From contig CAWAWS010000021.1 of the NCBI GenBank assembly GCA_963785725.1, forward strand, positions 1 through 46,558: a stretch of 46,558 nucleotides of DNA. Reading direction: 5' to 3'. The notes beneath the pieces are model-generated. The model had not been told where the DNA came from. It saw nothing but the letters and a program-made list of their open reading frames with translations, and did no database searches. Made by a program: the position numbers and the translations under genes. This stretch comes from an uncultured delta proteobacterium. GTDB taxonomy: Bacteria; Myxococcota_A; Polyangia; Palsa-1104. Each line of letters starts with the position of its first letter. The first letter of the stretch is position 1. This document shows, one piece after another, positions 17,789 to 29,756 of the stretch.

Positions 17789-20344
17789 ATGGCCAAGGCC
17801 AAAAAGAGCGCGACCAAGGCCGCTCCCGAACGCCGCCATCTGCCGGAATACGAGGCTAAGCGCGACTTTACGGTGACGTCCGAGCCCGCGCCGGGAGTGG
17901 TCGCGCCCTCTGCGCAGCCGACGTTCATGATCCATAAACATCATGCGACGCGGCTCCATTACGACCTCCGGCTGGAGATGGATGACGCGCTGGCCAGCTG
18001 GGCGGTGCCCAAAGGGCCGAGCTACGACCCGAACGTCAAACGCTTGGCCGTGCAGACCGAGGATCATCCGCTCGAATACGGCAGCTTCGAGGGCCGCATT
18101 CCCGACGGCGAATATGGCGGCGGTGACTCGCTGATCTGGGATCGCGGCACCTACGACACGGTTCCACCCGGTCAAGCCAGCGCCATGCGCAAGAAGGGCC
18201 ATCTGTTCCTCGAGCTGCACGGCGAGAAATTGCGCGGTCGCTGGCATCTCGTGCGCACGCGCGGCGACGTCGGCACGAAGAGCACCTGGATCCTGTTCAA
18301 GGCCAAGGACGAGACCGCCGACGCCGGCCGCGACGTGGTCGCCGACGAGCCGCAGTCGGTCGTCAGCGGGCGCGCGGCCACGCGCGGTCCCGAGCGGCCG
18401 AGCGCGCGCGCCAAAGTCGTCAAGGTCGAGCCCGAGAAGCTGCTGGCGCGCGTGTTTCCGCCGATGCTGGCCACGCTCGTCGAAGCCGCGCCCGCGCCCG
18501 AGAGCGACTGGCTGTTCGAGATCAAATACGACGGCTACCGCGCGGTCTCGGCGCTGGCGCACGGTCAGGTGGCGATGTGGACGCGCAATCGCATCGATCT
18601 CACCGAGCGCTTTCCGCATCTGGCGGCGGCGCTGCAAAAGCTGGTGGTCGGCGACGCGGTCATCGATGGCGAGATCGTGGCACTCGATGCCAAAGGCGCG
18701 TCGCGCTTCGAGCTCCTGCACGCGGGCGGCGCCGAGACGTCGTTGTATGCGTTCGACCTCTTGTGGCTCGATGGTCAGGACTTGCGCGCACGGCCGCTGG
18801 AAGAGCGCCGCGATCTCTTGCGCAGCCTCTTGTCGAACGGGCCCAGCGCGCTGCGGCCGGCCGAGGAGGTGGCGGGCCCATTGGCGGAAGCCATCGCGCG
18901 GGTCGAACGCGAAGAGAAAGAGGGGCTGATCCTCAAGCGGCGCCATTCGATCTACACCGGGACGCGCTCGCGCGATTGGCTGAAGCTGAAGGTGCAAAAG
19001 ACGCAGGAGGCGACCGTCATCGGGTTTACGCCGTCGACGGCGAGCGACGAATTCGTAGGCGCGCTCTTGCTGGCGGTCATGCGCGATGGCGCGCTGCGCT
19101 TCGCCGGCAAAGTCGGCACCGGGTTTACGACGGCCATGCGCAAGTCGCTGCGCGCGCTGCTGTCGAAAGAGCGCGTCGACCAGCCGGCGGCGGCCGATGC
19201 GCCGCGGCTGCGCGAAGCGACCTGGGTGCGGCCGGAGCGCGTGGCGCAAGTGCGGTTCACCGAGTGGACGAGTGACGGCAAGCTGCGCCATCCGGCGTTT
19301 CTCGGCTGGCGCGAGGACAAGTCGCCGGCCGAGACGCAGCCCGAGTTGCCGGAAGACGTCGCCCGCGACGACGACCGCCACGCCGGCAAGCCGAAGTCGT
19401 CGCGCAAGCGGCCGGTGAGCGAAGCGCGGCAGGCGACGCCGCTCGCCCAAGTGGTACCGCGCGGTACCACGGCCGCGGTGACGCTGACCAATCCGACGAA
19501 GATCCTCTACCCCGCCGACGGTTACACGAAGCAGGACGTGAGCGACTATTACGCGCGCGTGGCCGAGCCGATGTTGCGCGCGCTCGCCGATCGGCCGTTG
19601 GCGCTGCAGCATTGGCCCAACGGCATCCACAAAGCGACCTTCTTCCGGCAGAGCATCATGGCCACGGACAAAGCGCCGTGGATGCGCACGGTGACGACGC
19701 CGACCTCGACCAAGAGCGGCTCGGCCGAGCACCTCGTGGCCGACTCGCCGACGGCGCTGGCGTGGCTGGCGCAGCGGGCGACGCTGACCGTGCACATGTG
19801 GTCGTCGCGCGCGGGCTCGCTCGATCAGCCGGACTGGGTCGTGTTCGATCTCGATCCCGGCGAAGGACAAGGCATCGAGCAGGCGATCCCGGTGGCGCAG
19901 GCGCTGCATCGGCTGTTCGAGCAGCTGTCGTTGCCGTCGGTGCCGAAGACGACGGGCAAGCGCGGGCTGCATGTGCTCGTGCCGCTGTTGCCGGGTCATA
20001 CGCATCGCGACGCGGTGCACTTCGCGCTGCAGATTGGGCAGGCGATTACGTCGGTCATCAAAGAGGCGACGCTCGAGCGCACCATCTCCAAGCGTAAAGG
20101 GCGGCTCTATCTCGACTGTCATCAGAACGGCTACGGCAAGACGATCGTGGCGCCCTACTCGCCGCGGGCGCTCGACGGGGCGACGGTCTCGGCGCCGCTC
20201 ATGTGGAGCGAGGTCGTGCCCGGGCTCGCGGTCGGCGCGTTCACGATCGCCACGATGCCGGCGCGGCTCGCCAAGGTCGGCGACCTATTTGCGCCCTGTT
20301 TGACGCAAGGCGTGCGCCTACCGCGGTTTTCGGGCAACGTGTAA
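17789..20344 (+). CDS. ligD: DNA ligase D (phosphoesterase-ligase-polymerase), 851 aa
   Basis: YEAKRDF, HHATRLHYDLRLE, SWAVPKGPS (PE); EIKYDGYR, EGLILK, WLKLK, LRHPAF (ligase); LTNPTKILYP, VFDLDP, KTTGKRGLHV, VAPYSPR (Pol). The ORF-track start at 16808 is spurious; ATG 17789 is used. Confidence 0.95.
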   Translation: MAKAKKSATKAAPERRHLPEYEAKRDFTVTSEPAPGVVAPSAQPTFMIHKHHATRLHYDLRLEMDDALASWAVPKGPSYDPNVKRLAVQTEDHPLEYGSFEGRIPDGEYGGGDSLIWDRGTYDTVPPGQASAMRKKGHLFLELHGEKLRGRWHLVRTRGDVGTKSTWILFKAKDETADAGRDVVADEPQSVVSGRAATRGPERPSARAKVVKVEPEKLLARVFPPMLATLVEAAPAPESDWLFEIKYDGYRAVSALAHGQVAMWTRNRIDLTERFPHLAAALQKLVVGDAVIDGEIVALDAKGASRFELLHAGGAETSLYAFDLLWLDGQDLRARPLEERRDLLRSLLSNGPSALRPAEEVAGPLAEAIARVEREEKEGLILKRRHSIYTGTRSRDWLKLKVQKTQEATVIGFTPSTASDEFVGALLLAVMRDGALRFAGKVGTGFTTAMRKSLRALLSKERVDQPAAADAPRLREATWVRPERVAQVRFTEWTSDGKLRHPAFLGWREDKSPAETQPELPEDVARDDDRHAGKPKSSRKRPVSEARQATPLAQVVPRGTTAAVTLTNPTKILYPADGYTKQDVSDYYARVAEPMLRALADRPLALQHWPNGIHKATFFRQSIMATDKAPWMRTVTTPTSTKSGSAEHLVADSPTALAWLAQRATLTVHMWSSRAGSLDQPDWVVFDLDPGEGQGIEQAIPVAQALHRLFEQLSLPSVPKTTGKRGLHVLVPLLPGHTHRDAVHFALQIGQAITSVIKEATLERTISKRKGRLYLDCHQNGYGKTIVAPYSPRALDGATVSAPLMWSEVVPGLAVGAFTIATMPARLAKVGDLFAPCLTQGVRLPRFSGNV

Positions 20345-20361
20345 GGTCCGACGAGACGATC

Positions 20362-22348
20362 ATGGCCGAAGCGCGCATTCTGAACGTCAACGACGATGAG
20401 CCGAGCCGCGACATCGTGACGCGCGTGTTGGCGCATGCCGGGTTCGACGTCGTCGAAGCGGCGACCGGCCGTGACGCGCTGCTGGCGCTCCAGACGTCGC
20501 CCGATCTCGTCATCCTCGACGTGCAGCTGCCCGACCTCGACGGCTTCGAAGTGGCGCGGCGGATTCGCGCCAATCCCTCGACGCGGCAGCTGCCGGTGCT
20601 GCACCTGTCGGCCGCGGTCGAGCCCGATGCGCGCACGTCGGGGCTGAACGCCGGCGCCGACGGCTATTTGGCGCAGCCGGTCGAGCCCGATGTCTTGATC
20701 GCGACCGTGCGCTCGATTCTTGCAAGCGCGCCGCGTCGAACGCGAGCTGGTGCAGTCGCTCGTCCAGAGCAACGTCATCTTGCAGGGCATCGCCGACGCC
20801 GTGACCGCGCAAGACACGACGGGCACGCTCGTCTACGCCAACGACGCGGCGCTGCGCCTGCTCGGCATCAAGACGGTCGAGGGTTGGCGGCCGGCGACGC
20901 TGTTCGAGGAGTTCGACATCCTCGACGAGGCCGGACAGCGGTTCGAAGTCGACGCGCTGCCGGGGCGACGCGTGTTGCGTGGCGAGCCGGAGGCGCGCGC
21001 CGTCCTCTGCTGGCGCCGCCGCGGCCACCGCGAGGACGATCGCTGGACCATCGCGCAGGCGCGTCCGGTGTACGACGCCAACGGCCACGTGCAGCTGGCG
21101 ATCAACATCTTGCACGACATCACGGCCGAGCGGCGCGCGTCGGAGCGGCTGTCGCTCCTGACCGAAGCCAGCGCCACGTTGTCGGCGTCGCTCGACTACA
21201 CGACGACGTTGGCGCGCGTGGTCGAGCTGCCCTTGCCCAGCTTGGGCGAGTGGAGCGTCGTGCATCTCATCGAAGGCGCGCACATGCGCCGCAGCGGTCA
21301 TCACATCGATCCGACGAAGCAGCCGCTGCTCGACGAGATGCTGGCGCAGCCGCGCACGGCCGACTCGCCGCTGCCGTCTTCGGTGTGGAGCGGCCGCGGC
21401 AACGCGACGGCGGAGATCTACGATCGCGCGCTGGAAGCGCGCATCGATCCCGCCGATCTCGAACGCGCGCGCGTGCTCGGTCTGCGCAGCGGCATGACGG
21501 CGCCGTTGACCGCGCGCGGCCAGACCTTCGGCGCGCTGACGGTCTTGAGCGGTCGTCTGCGGCGCTACGAGCCGGCCGAGCTGTCGCTGCTGCAGGATCT
21601 GGCGCATCGCGCCGCCTTGGCGATCGACAACGCGCGCGTGCTGCAAGAGGCGCAAGAGGCGGCCGAGCTGCGCCGCGATCTCGTGGCCGTGGTCGCGCAC
21701 GATCTGAAGAACCCGCTCAACGCCATCGCCATGGCCGGCTCGCTCTTGTCGCGTCAAGCGGCCCCGGGTGCGGATGGCGAGCGCGCGCGGCGGCAGTCGT
21801 CGATCATCACCCGCGCCAGCGAGCGGATGAATCGGCTGATCCACGACCTGCTCGACGTCTCGGCGATCGACGCCGGCCGCATCGAGCTCGATCGCCAGCG
21901 CATCGGCCTCGGCAGCCTCATGACCGAGGCGTTGGAGTCGATCGCGCCGCTGGCGCAAGAGCGCTCGATCACGCTCGTGCGCCAGCTCGACGCGGCCGAC
22001 GAACAGCTGGAGCTGCTGGCCGATCGCGAGCGCCTCTTGCAAGTGTTCGCCAACCTGCTCGGCAACGCGATCAAGTTCACCGACGAAGGCGGCCACGTCA
22101 CGCTGCGCGGCGGACGCGGCGGGCTCGGCGTCGAGGTCGCGGTCATCGACACCGGCTGCGGCATCGCGCCCGAGCACGTGCCGCACGTGTTCGACCGCTA
22201 TTGGCGGCTGCGCAATCAGAACCGCTCGGGCACCGGCCTCGGCCTCTCGATCGTCAAAGGCATCCTCGACGCGCATGGCGGAACGGTGTCGGTCGACACG
22301 GCGCCCGGCCGCGGCTCGACGTTCGTCTTCAGCATTCCGCTCGCCTGA
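20362..22348 (+). CDS. Hybrid sensor histidine kinase REC-PAS-GAF-HisKA-HATPase (one +1 frameshift at about 20717)
   Basis: REC ILNVNDD / ILDVQLPD in one frame. PAS (VYANDAA), GAF (AALAIDNAR), AHDLKNPL, NLLGNAIKF, DTGCG and GTGLGL in the next frame. Deleting one T gives VRSILQARRVER. Confidence 0.88.
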
Positions 22349-22396
22349 TCGCTTGTTCGCCGTGGCGTCGGGACTACGACTTATAGGTCGATCCCC

Positions 22397-24391
<1,995 letters not shown>

Positions 24392-24399
24392 AAGCGAGC

Positions 24400-24415
24400 T
24401 TTACCGAACGTTTAC
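24400..24415 (+). promoter_or_regulatory. OmpR/CpxR-type direct repeat upstream of the Spy-like operon
   Basis: TTTAC-CGAACG-TTTAC, 11-bp period (GTAAA-N6-GTAAA on the other strand), about 80 bp before ATG 24493. Confidence 0.5.
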
Positions 24416-24492
24416 AAAGCGCCAAAGGAGGCTTAACGCGGCGATGTCACGTTTGCATGGCAGTCGTTTGATAGACTGACAGGAGAGTCCCC

Positions 24493-25312
24493 ATGCAACC
24501 CGTTCGTCGTTTCGCCAGAGCCCGCAAGATCGTCTTCGCCGCCGTCGGTGTGGTCGCCGTGGCGCTGTTGGCCGGCGGGGTCGCGCTCGCGTCCGGCCAC
24601 GGTCGCGGCGCGCTCATGCAGCACCTGTTCAACCAGAAGCTCGACGGCGCGCTCGACGCCGTCAACGCCACGCCGGCGCAGCGGACGGCGATCTTGGCGG
24701 CGCGCGATCATGTCGTGGCGACGATGCAAGCGAACAAAGGCGCGCACCAGGCGGCGCTGGAAGAGGCGCTGACGCTGTGGCAGGCCGACTCGTTCGACGC
24801 CACCAAGCTGACGGCGCTGCGCACGCAACATCAGGCCGACGCGCAGAAAGTGGGCGATGCGATCGTGCAGGCGTTGTCGGACGCGCATGACGCGCTGACG
24901 ACGGCGCAGCGGCAGAAGCTCGGCGACTACTTGCGCGCCAACAAGCCGCAGCACCTGCATGACGGCGGCGGCGCGACCTTCATGACGAAGATGGTCAACC
25001 ATCGGGTAGACAAGATGCTTGACCAAATCAAGGCGTCGACCGATCAGCGGACGAAGGTGCACGCAGCGGTCGACAAGGCGCTGGCGTCGGTTCAGCCGGG
25101 CAATCACGGCGCCGACTTCGACGCGGCGGTCACGCTGTTCACCGCCGACACGCTCGACCGCGGGCAGGTGACGGCGCTGCAGGCCCAGCACGTCGCGCGC
25201 ATGCAGCAGGTGGGCGACGCGATGGTCGCGGCCCTCGGCGACATCCACGGCGTGCTCGATGCCGGCCAGCGCAAGCAAGTGGCCGACTTCATTCGTGCGC
25301 ATCACGCGGGAC

Positions 25313-25323
<11 letters not shown>
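24493..25323 (+). CDS. Exported Spy/CpxP (LTxxQ) family protein with two tandem domains
   Basis: Signal peptide; repeat 1 ATPAQR ... ALTTAQRQKL, repeat 2 ASTDQR ... VLDAGQRKQV. AGGAGA RBS. Confidence 0.8.
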
Positions 25324-26025
<702 letters not shown>

Positions 26026-26029
<4 letters not shown>

Positions 26030-27429
26030 GGCGCTTTCGCGTCATCGGCTTCGGCCACGGCCGCGTGCTGCGCCAGCGCATCTGGAAGCACCTGTTGGTC
26101 GTGCTCGTGCTCGGCATCTTCGCGAGCAGCTTCGTCTTCTTCAGCGGCTGGCGCAGCGCGTTCATCCATTCGGCGGCGGGCAAGCTGACGCGCCATGTCG
26201 CGGCCACGGTCTCGCGCGACTTCTATCGGCCCGACGAGACGCGGCGCACGCTCAGCCACATCGCCGAAGAGCTCGACATCGAAGTGACGCTGCGCTCGCT
26301 CGACAACCAGATCATCGACGCCGTCGGGCAGCCGTTTCCGCCGCTGCCGGCCGAGGACATGGCGCAGGTGCGCCGCGGCGAGCTGGTGTTGTCGCGCGGG
26401 CCGCGCTTCTTCGCGACGGCGCCGGTGATCGTCGACGGCTCGGTGCGCGCGGTCGTCGAGGCCACGCCGACGTATCACGTCTTCCGCGCGCCGCTCATCT
26501 GGCGACCGCTGGCGACGCTGCTCGTGCTCATGATGATCGCCGGCGTCGCGTCCGGCCCGTTGGCGCGCCGCATCTCGCTGCCCATCGAGCGCATGACCGA
26601 TGCCGTGCGCCGCTTCGGCGCCGGCGATCTGTCGGCGCGCGTCGGGCTGCAGCAGCGCCGTCCGCATCGTCACGGGCGGCGCCATCATCATTTGCCCGAC
26701 GAGATCGAGCAGCTGACCGGCGCCTTCAACGAGATGGCCGAGCGCATCCAGCGCATGGTCAGCGGGCAAAAAGAGCTGCTCGCCAACGTCTCGCACGAGC
26801 TGCGCTCGCCTCTCGCGCGCATGCGGGTCGCGCTCGAGCTCTTGCCGCGCGACGCCAAGAACGAGAAGCGCCTGCTCGACGTCGAGGCCGATTTGGTCGA
26901 GCTCGATCGGCTGATCGAGGACGTGCTGACGACCTCGCGGCTGGAGGCGTCGGGGCTGCCGATGCACATCGGCACCGTCGACGTGCGGCAGCTGCTCGAT
27001 CAGCTGGTGTCACGCGCCGAGCATGATCCGGCGACCGCCGGCAAGACGGTGACCGCGCGCGGCGGCCAGGGCCTCGTCATCTCCGCCGACGGCGCGCTGC
27101 TCAAGCGCGCCTTGTGGAACCTCATCGAGAACGCGGCCAAATATGGCGCGCCGCCGATCGAGCTGGAAGCGCGCAACGATCGCGATCAGTGGCTCGAATT
27201 ATCGGTGACCGATCATGGCGCCGGCATCGCCGAGGAAGACCGCGAGCGCATCTTCGAGCCCTTCTTCCGCAGCGACAAAGCGCGCACGCCCGGCACCGGC
27301 TTCGGGCTCGGCTTGACGCTGGTGCGCCGCATCGCCGAAGTGCACGGCGGCAGCATCACGGCGCTGCCGATGCAGCGGAACGGCGAGCCGAGCGGCGCCG
27401 GCTTCATCTTGCGCATTCCGCTCGGCTGA
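26026..27429 (+). CDS. Membrane sensor histidine kinase (2 TM, HAMP, HisKA, HATPase)
   Basis: Two TM segments, HAMP (PIERM ... DEIEQL), VSHELRSPL, NLIENAAKY, DHGAG, GFGLGL. ATGA overlap with the regulator. Confidence 0.93.
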
Positions 27430-27594
27430 TCCGCGCTCCAAACGCCTACCGCCGCGTCGCAGCCGAGTCGGGCCGCCCATCGCGACCGCCGTAGGCGCGT
27501 GCAAGCCTGGCGAAAACCGGCGCCAAATCAGCGGCCCAACGACGGTTGAATAGCGCTCGGGTCGCGCCGTCGAAGAAACCAGGAGGCTGAGCAA

Positions 27595-27888
27595 ATGATC
27601 TTCAAAAACCTGATCTTGGCGGCGGGCGTACTGGGCACTTTGGGCGCGGCTGCGCCGGCCTTTGCCGACAACTGTGCACCCATCGCGGCGCCGATCGCGG
27701 TCGCCGCGCCTCTTCCCTTGGCCGCGCCGGTCGAGGTCGCCTGGGGTCGCGGCGGCGGTCGCGGTTACGGCTGGGGCGGCGGTCGCGGCTACGGCTGGGG
27801 CGGCGGCTACCGTCGCTACGAAGGCCGCCCGTGGCATCCCGTCTACGGCGGCGGCTGGGGTCGCGGCTATCATCGCGGCCGCTGGTAG
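27595..27888 (+). CDS. Small exported Gly/Arg/Tyr/Trp-rich protein
   Basis: AGGAGG RBS; signal peptide ending APAFA; repeats GGGRGYGW. Confidence 0.7.
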   Translation: MIFKNLILAAGVLGTLGAAAPAFADNCAPIAAPIAVAAPLPLAAPVEVAWGRGGGRGYGWGGGRGYGWGGGYRRYEGRPWHPVYGGGWGRGYHRGRW

Positions 27889-27972
27889 CCAACCTCGCCG
27901 ACGCGCCGGTCGGCACACCGCTGCCGCGACGCCGGCGCAACACGATGACGCGCTCGGGTATACTGCGCCCGG

Positions 27973-28848
27973 ATGGCGCGCGTACATCAGAAGCTCTTCA
28001 ACATCGACGTCGAACGACGCAACTTGAAGCGCTTCATCTGGAGCGACCTCTACCACTTCCTCATCGAGCGCACGTGGCTGCAGCTGCTCGGTCTGCTCTT
28101 CGCGGTCTACATCCTCGCCAACGTCATCTTCGCGCTCTGCTACCTCGTCGGCGGCGACTGCGTCCAAGGCGCGCACGGCTTTCTCGACGACTTCTTCTTC
28201 AGCGTGCAGACGCTGTCGACCATCGGCTACGGCACCATGGTCCCGCACACGACGTACGCGCACTGCATCGTGATGACGCAGGCGTTCGCCGGCACGTTGT
28301 TCCTCGCCGTCGTCACCGGCCTCGTGTTCGCCAAGTTCGCCCGCCCGACCGCGCGCGTCTTGTGGTCGCAAAAAGTCGTCATCATCGAGCGCGACGGCAA
28401 GAAGCAGCTGCAGTTCCGCATGGCCAACGAGCGCGCCAACCAGATCGTCGAGGCCCAGCTGCGCGTCGCCTTCGCCTTCACCGATGTCACCAGCGACGGC
28501 GAGCGGCTGCGTCGCTTTCAAGACTTGCGGCTGCAGCGCGATCGCAACATCTTGTTCGCGCTGAGCTGGACCGCGGTGCACGAGATCTCGCCCGAGAGCC
28601 CGCTGCACGACTTCGACTTGGCGAGGATGAAGCAGGTGCAAATGCAGATCGTTTGCTCGTTGGTGGGCATCGACGAGACGTTCGCGCAGCAGGTCCATTC
28701 GCGGCACGCCTATCTGCCCGAGGACTTGGTGCACGACCAGCGCTTCGCCGACATCGTCGGCATCAACCCCGACGGCTCGCGCTACATCGACTACGCGCGC
28801 TTCAACGAGCTGGTGCCGATGGGCACGCGCACGCCGGAGATCAACTGA
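27973..28848 (+). CDS. KirBac-type inward-rectifier potassium channel
   Basis: DLYH, FFFSVQTLSTIGYG selectivity filter, FAKFARP, FRMANER, LSWTAVHEI. Confidence 0.93.
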   Translation: MARVHQKLFNIDVERRNLKRFIWSDLYHFLIERTWLQLLGLLFAVYILANVIFALCYLVGGDCVQGAHGFLDDFFFSVQTLSTIGYGTMVPHTTYAHCIVMTQAFAGTLFLAVVTGLVFAKFARPTARVLWSQKVVIIERDGKKQLQFRMANERANQIVEAQLRVAFAFTDVTSDGERLRRFQDLRLQRDRNILFALSWTAVHEISPESPLHDFDLARMKQVQMQIVCSLVGIDETFAQQVHSRHAYLPEDLVHDQRFADIVGINPDGSRYIDYARFNELVPMGTRTPEIN

Positions 28849-29678
28849 TGCGCGGCCTCGCCATCGTCACCGGCGCGTCGAGCGGCATCGGCGAAGCCTT
28901 CGCGCGGGCGCTGTCGAAGCGCGGTCATTCGCTGTTGCTGGTGGCGCGTCGTCGCGACCGGCTGCAGAAGCTGGCCGACGAGCTGGGCCGCGCCGAAGTC
29001 TTCGTCGCCGATCTGTCGCGCGAAGCCGAGGTCGAGCGCGTGGCGCTGCGCGCCGCCGAGCTCGGCGACCTCACGCTGCTCGTCAACAACGCCGGCTTCG
29101 GCACGCGCGGCCCGTTCGCCGACATGGACGGCGCGCGCCAAGGCGACATGGTCAAGCTCAACATCTTGACGCCCGTGCTGTTGACGCATCAGCTGCTGCC
29201 GCTGCTGCACGCGGGCGGCGATCACGGCCGCGCTTCGGGCGTCATCAACGTCTCGTCGGTCGGCGCCTTTCAGCCGACGCCGTTCATGGCCACGTACAGC
29301 GCGTCCAAAGCCTTCGTGCTCAGCTGGTCCGAGGCGCTGTCGGAAGAGCTGCGCGGAAGCCAAGTGCGCGTCTTGTGCGTCTGTCCCGGCCCGACGACGA
29401 GCGAGTTCTTCGACGTCGCCGTCATGCCCGACAACATGCGCCGCTTGCCCCACACCATGACCGCCGATGACGTCGTCTCGCGCACGCTCGACGCCTTCGA
29501 CGACAACCGCGCCGTGCTCTTGCCCGGCGTCGTCAATTGGCTGAGCGCGTTCGCCACGCGCCTCGTGCCGCGCGCCCTCTCGCGCATGCTGACGGCGCGC
29601 ATGTTCGCGCCCAAGCCGTCCGCGCCGTCGCTGCCGCCGTCACACGCGCAGTCGCCGCCGTCACACGATCCGCCGTAA
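28848..29678 (+). CDS. Short-chain dehydrogenase/reductase
   Basis: TGASSGIG, NNAGFG, YSASK. TGATG coupling to the channel stop codon. Confidence 0.92.
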   Translation: MRGLAIVTGASSGIGEAFARALSKRGHSLLLVARRRDRLQKLADELGRAEVFVADLSREAEVERVALRAAELGDLTLLVNNAGFGTRGPFADMDGARQGDMVKLNILTPVLLTHQLLPLLHAGGDHGRASGVINVSSVGAFQPTPFMATYSASKAFVLSWSEALSEELRGSQVRVLCVCPGPTTSEFFDVAVMPDNMRRLPHTMTADDVVSRTLDAFDDNRAVLLPGVVNWLSAFATRLVPRALSRMLTARMFAPKPSAPSLPPSHAQSPPSHDPP

Positions 29679-29756
29679 TCGCCCGCGGGGCGTCACTTTT
29701 CCGAGATCGCGCAGCCGACTGGCACGTTTCCACGGTTTTACGACGAGGTCGAACCC

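Noticed and set aside
27745..27810. 24-bp tandem repeats (and GCC repeats at 36520-36640) as a possible array
   Set aside because: Coding repeats for Gly-rich peptide with no unique spacers, and no cas genes in the window.
27831..28847. Apparent 615-aa SDR with a long N-terminus
   Set aside because: Alternative open frame over the KirBac gene. The SDR starts at the coupled ATG 28848.
29633..29667. 14-bp direct repeat GCCGCCGTCACACG with 21-bp period
   Set aside because: Only two copies, in frame within the Pro-rich SDR tail; not CRISPR or a mobile-element end.
29720..29740. TGGCACG upstream of the alpha-2-macroglobulin as a sigma54 -24 element
   Set aside because: No GC at the required -12 position.
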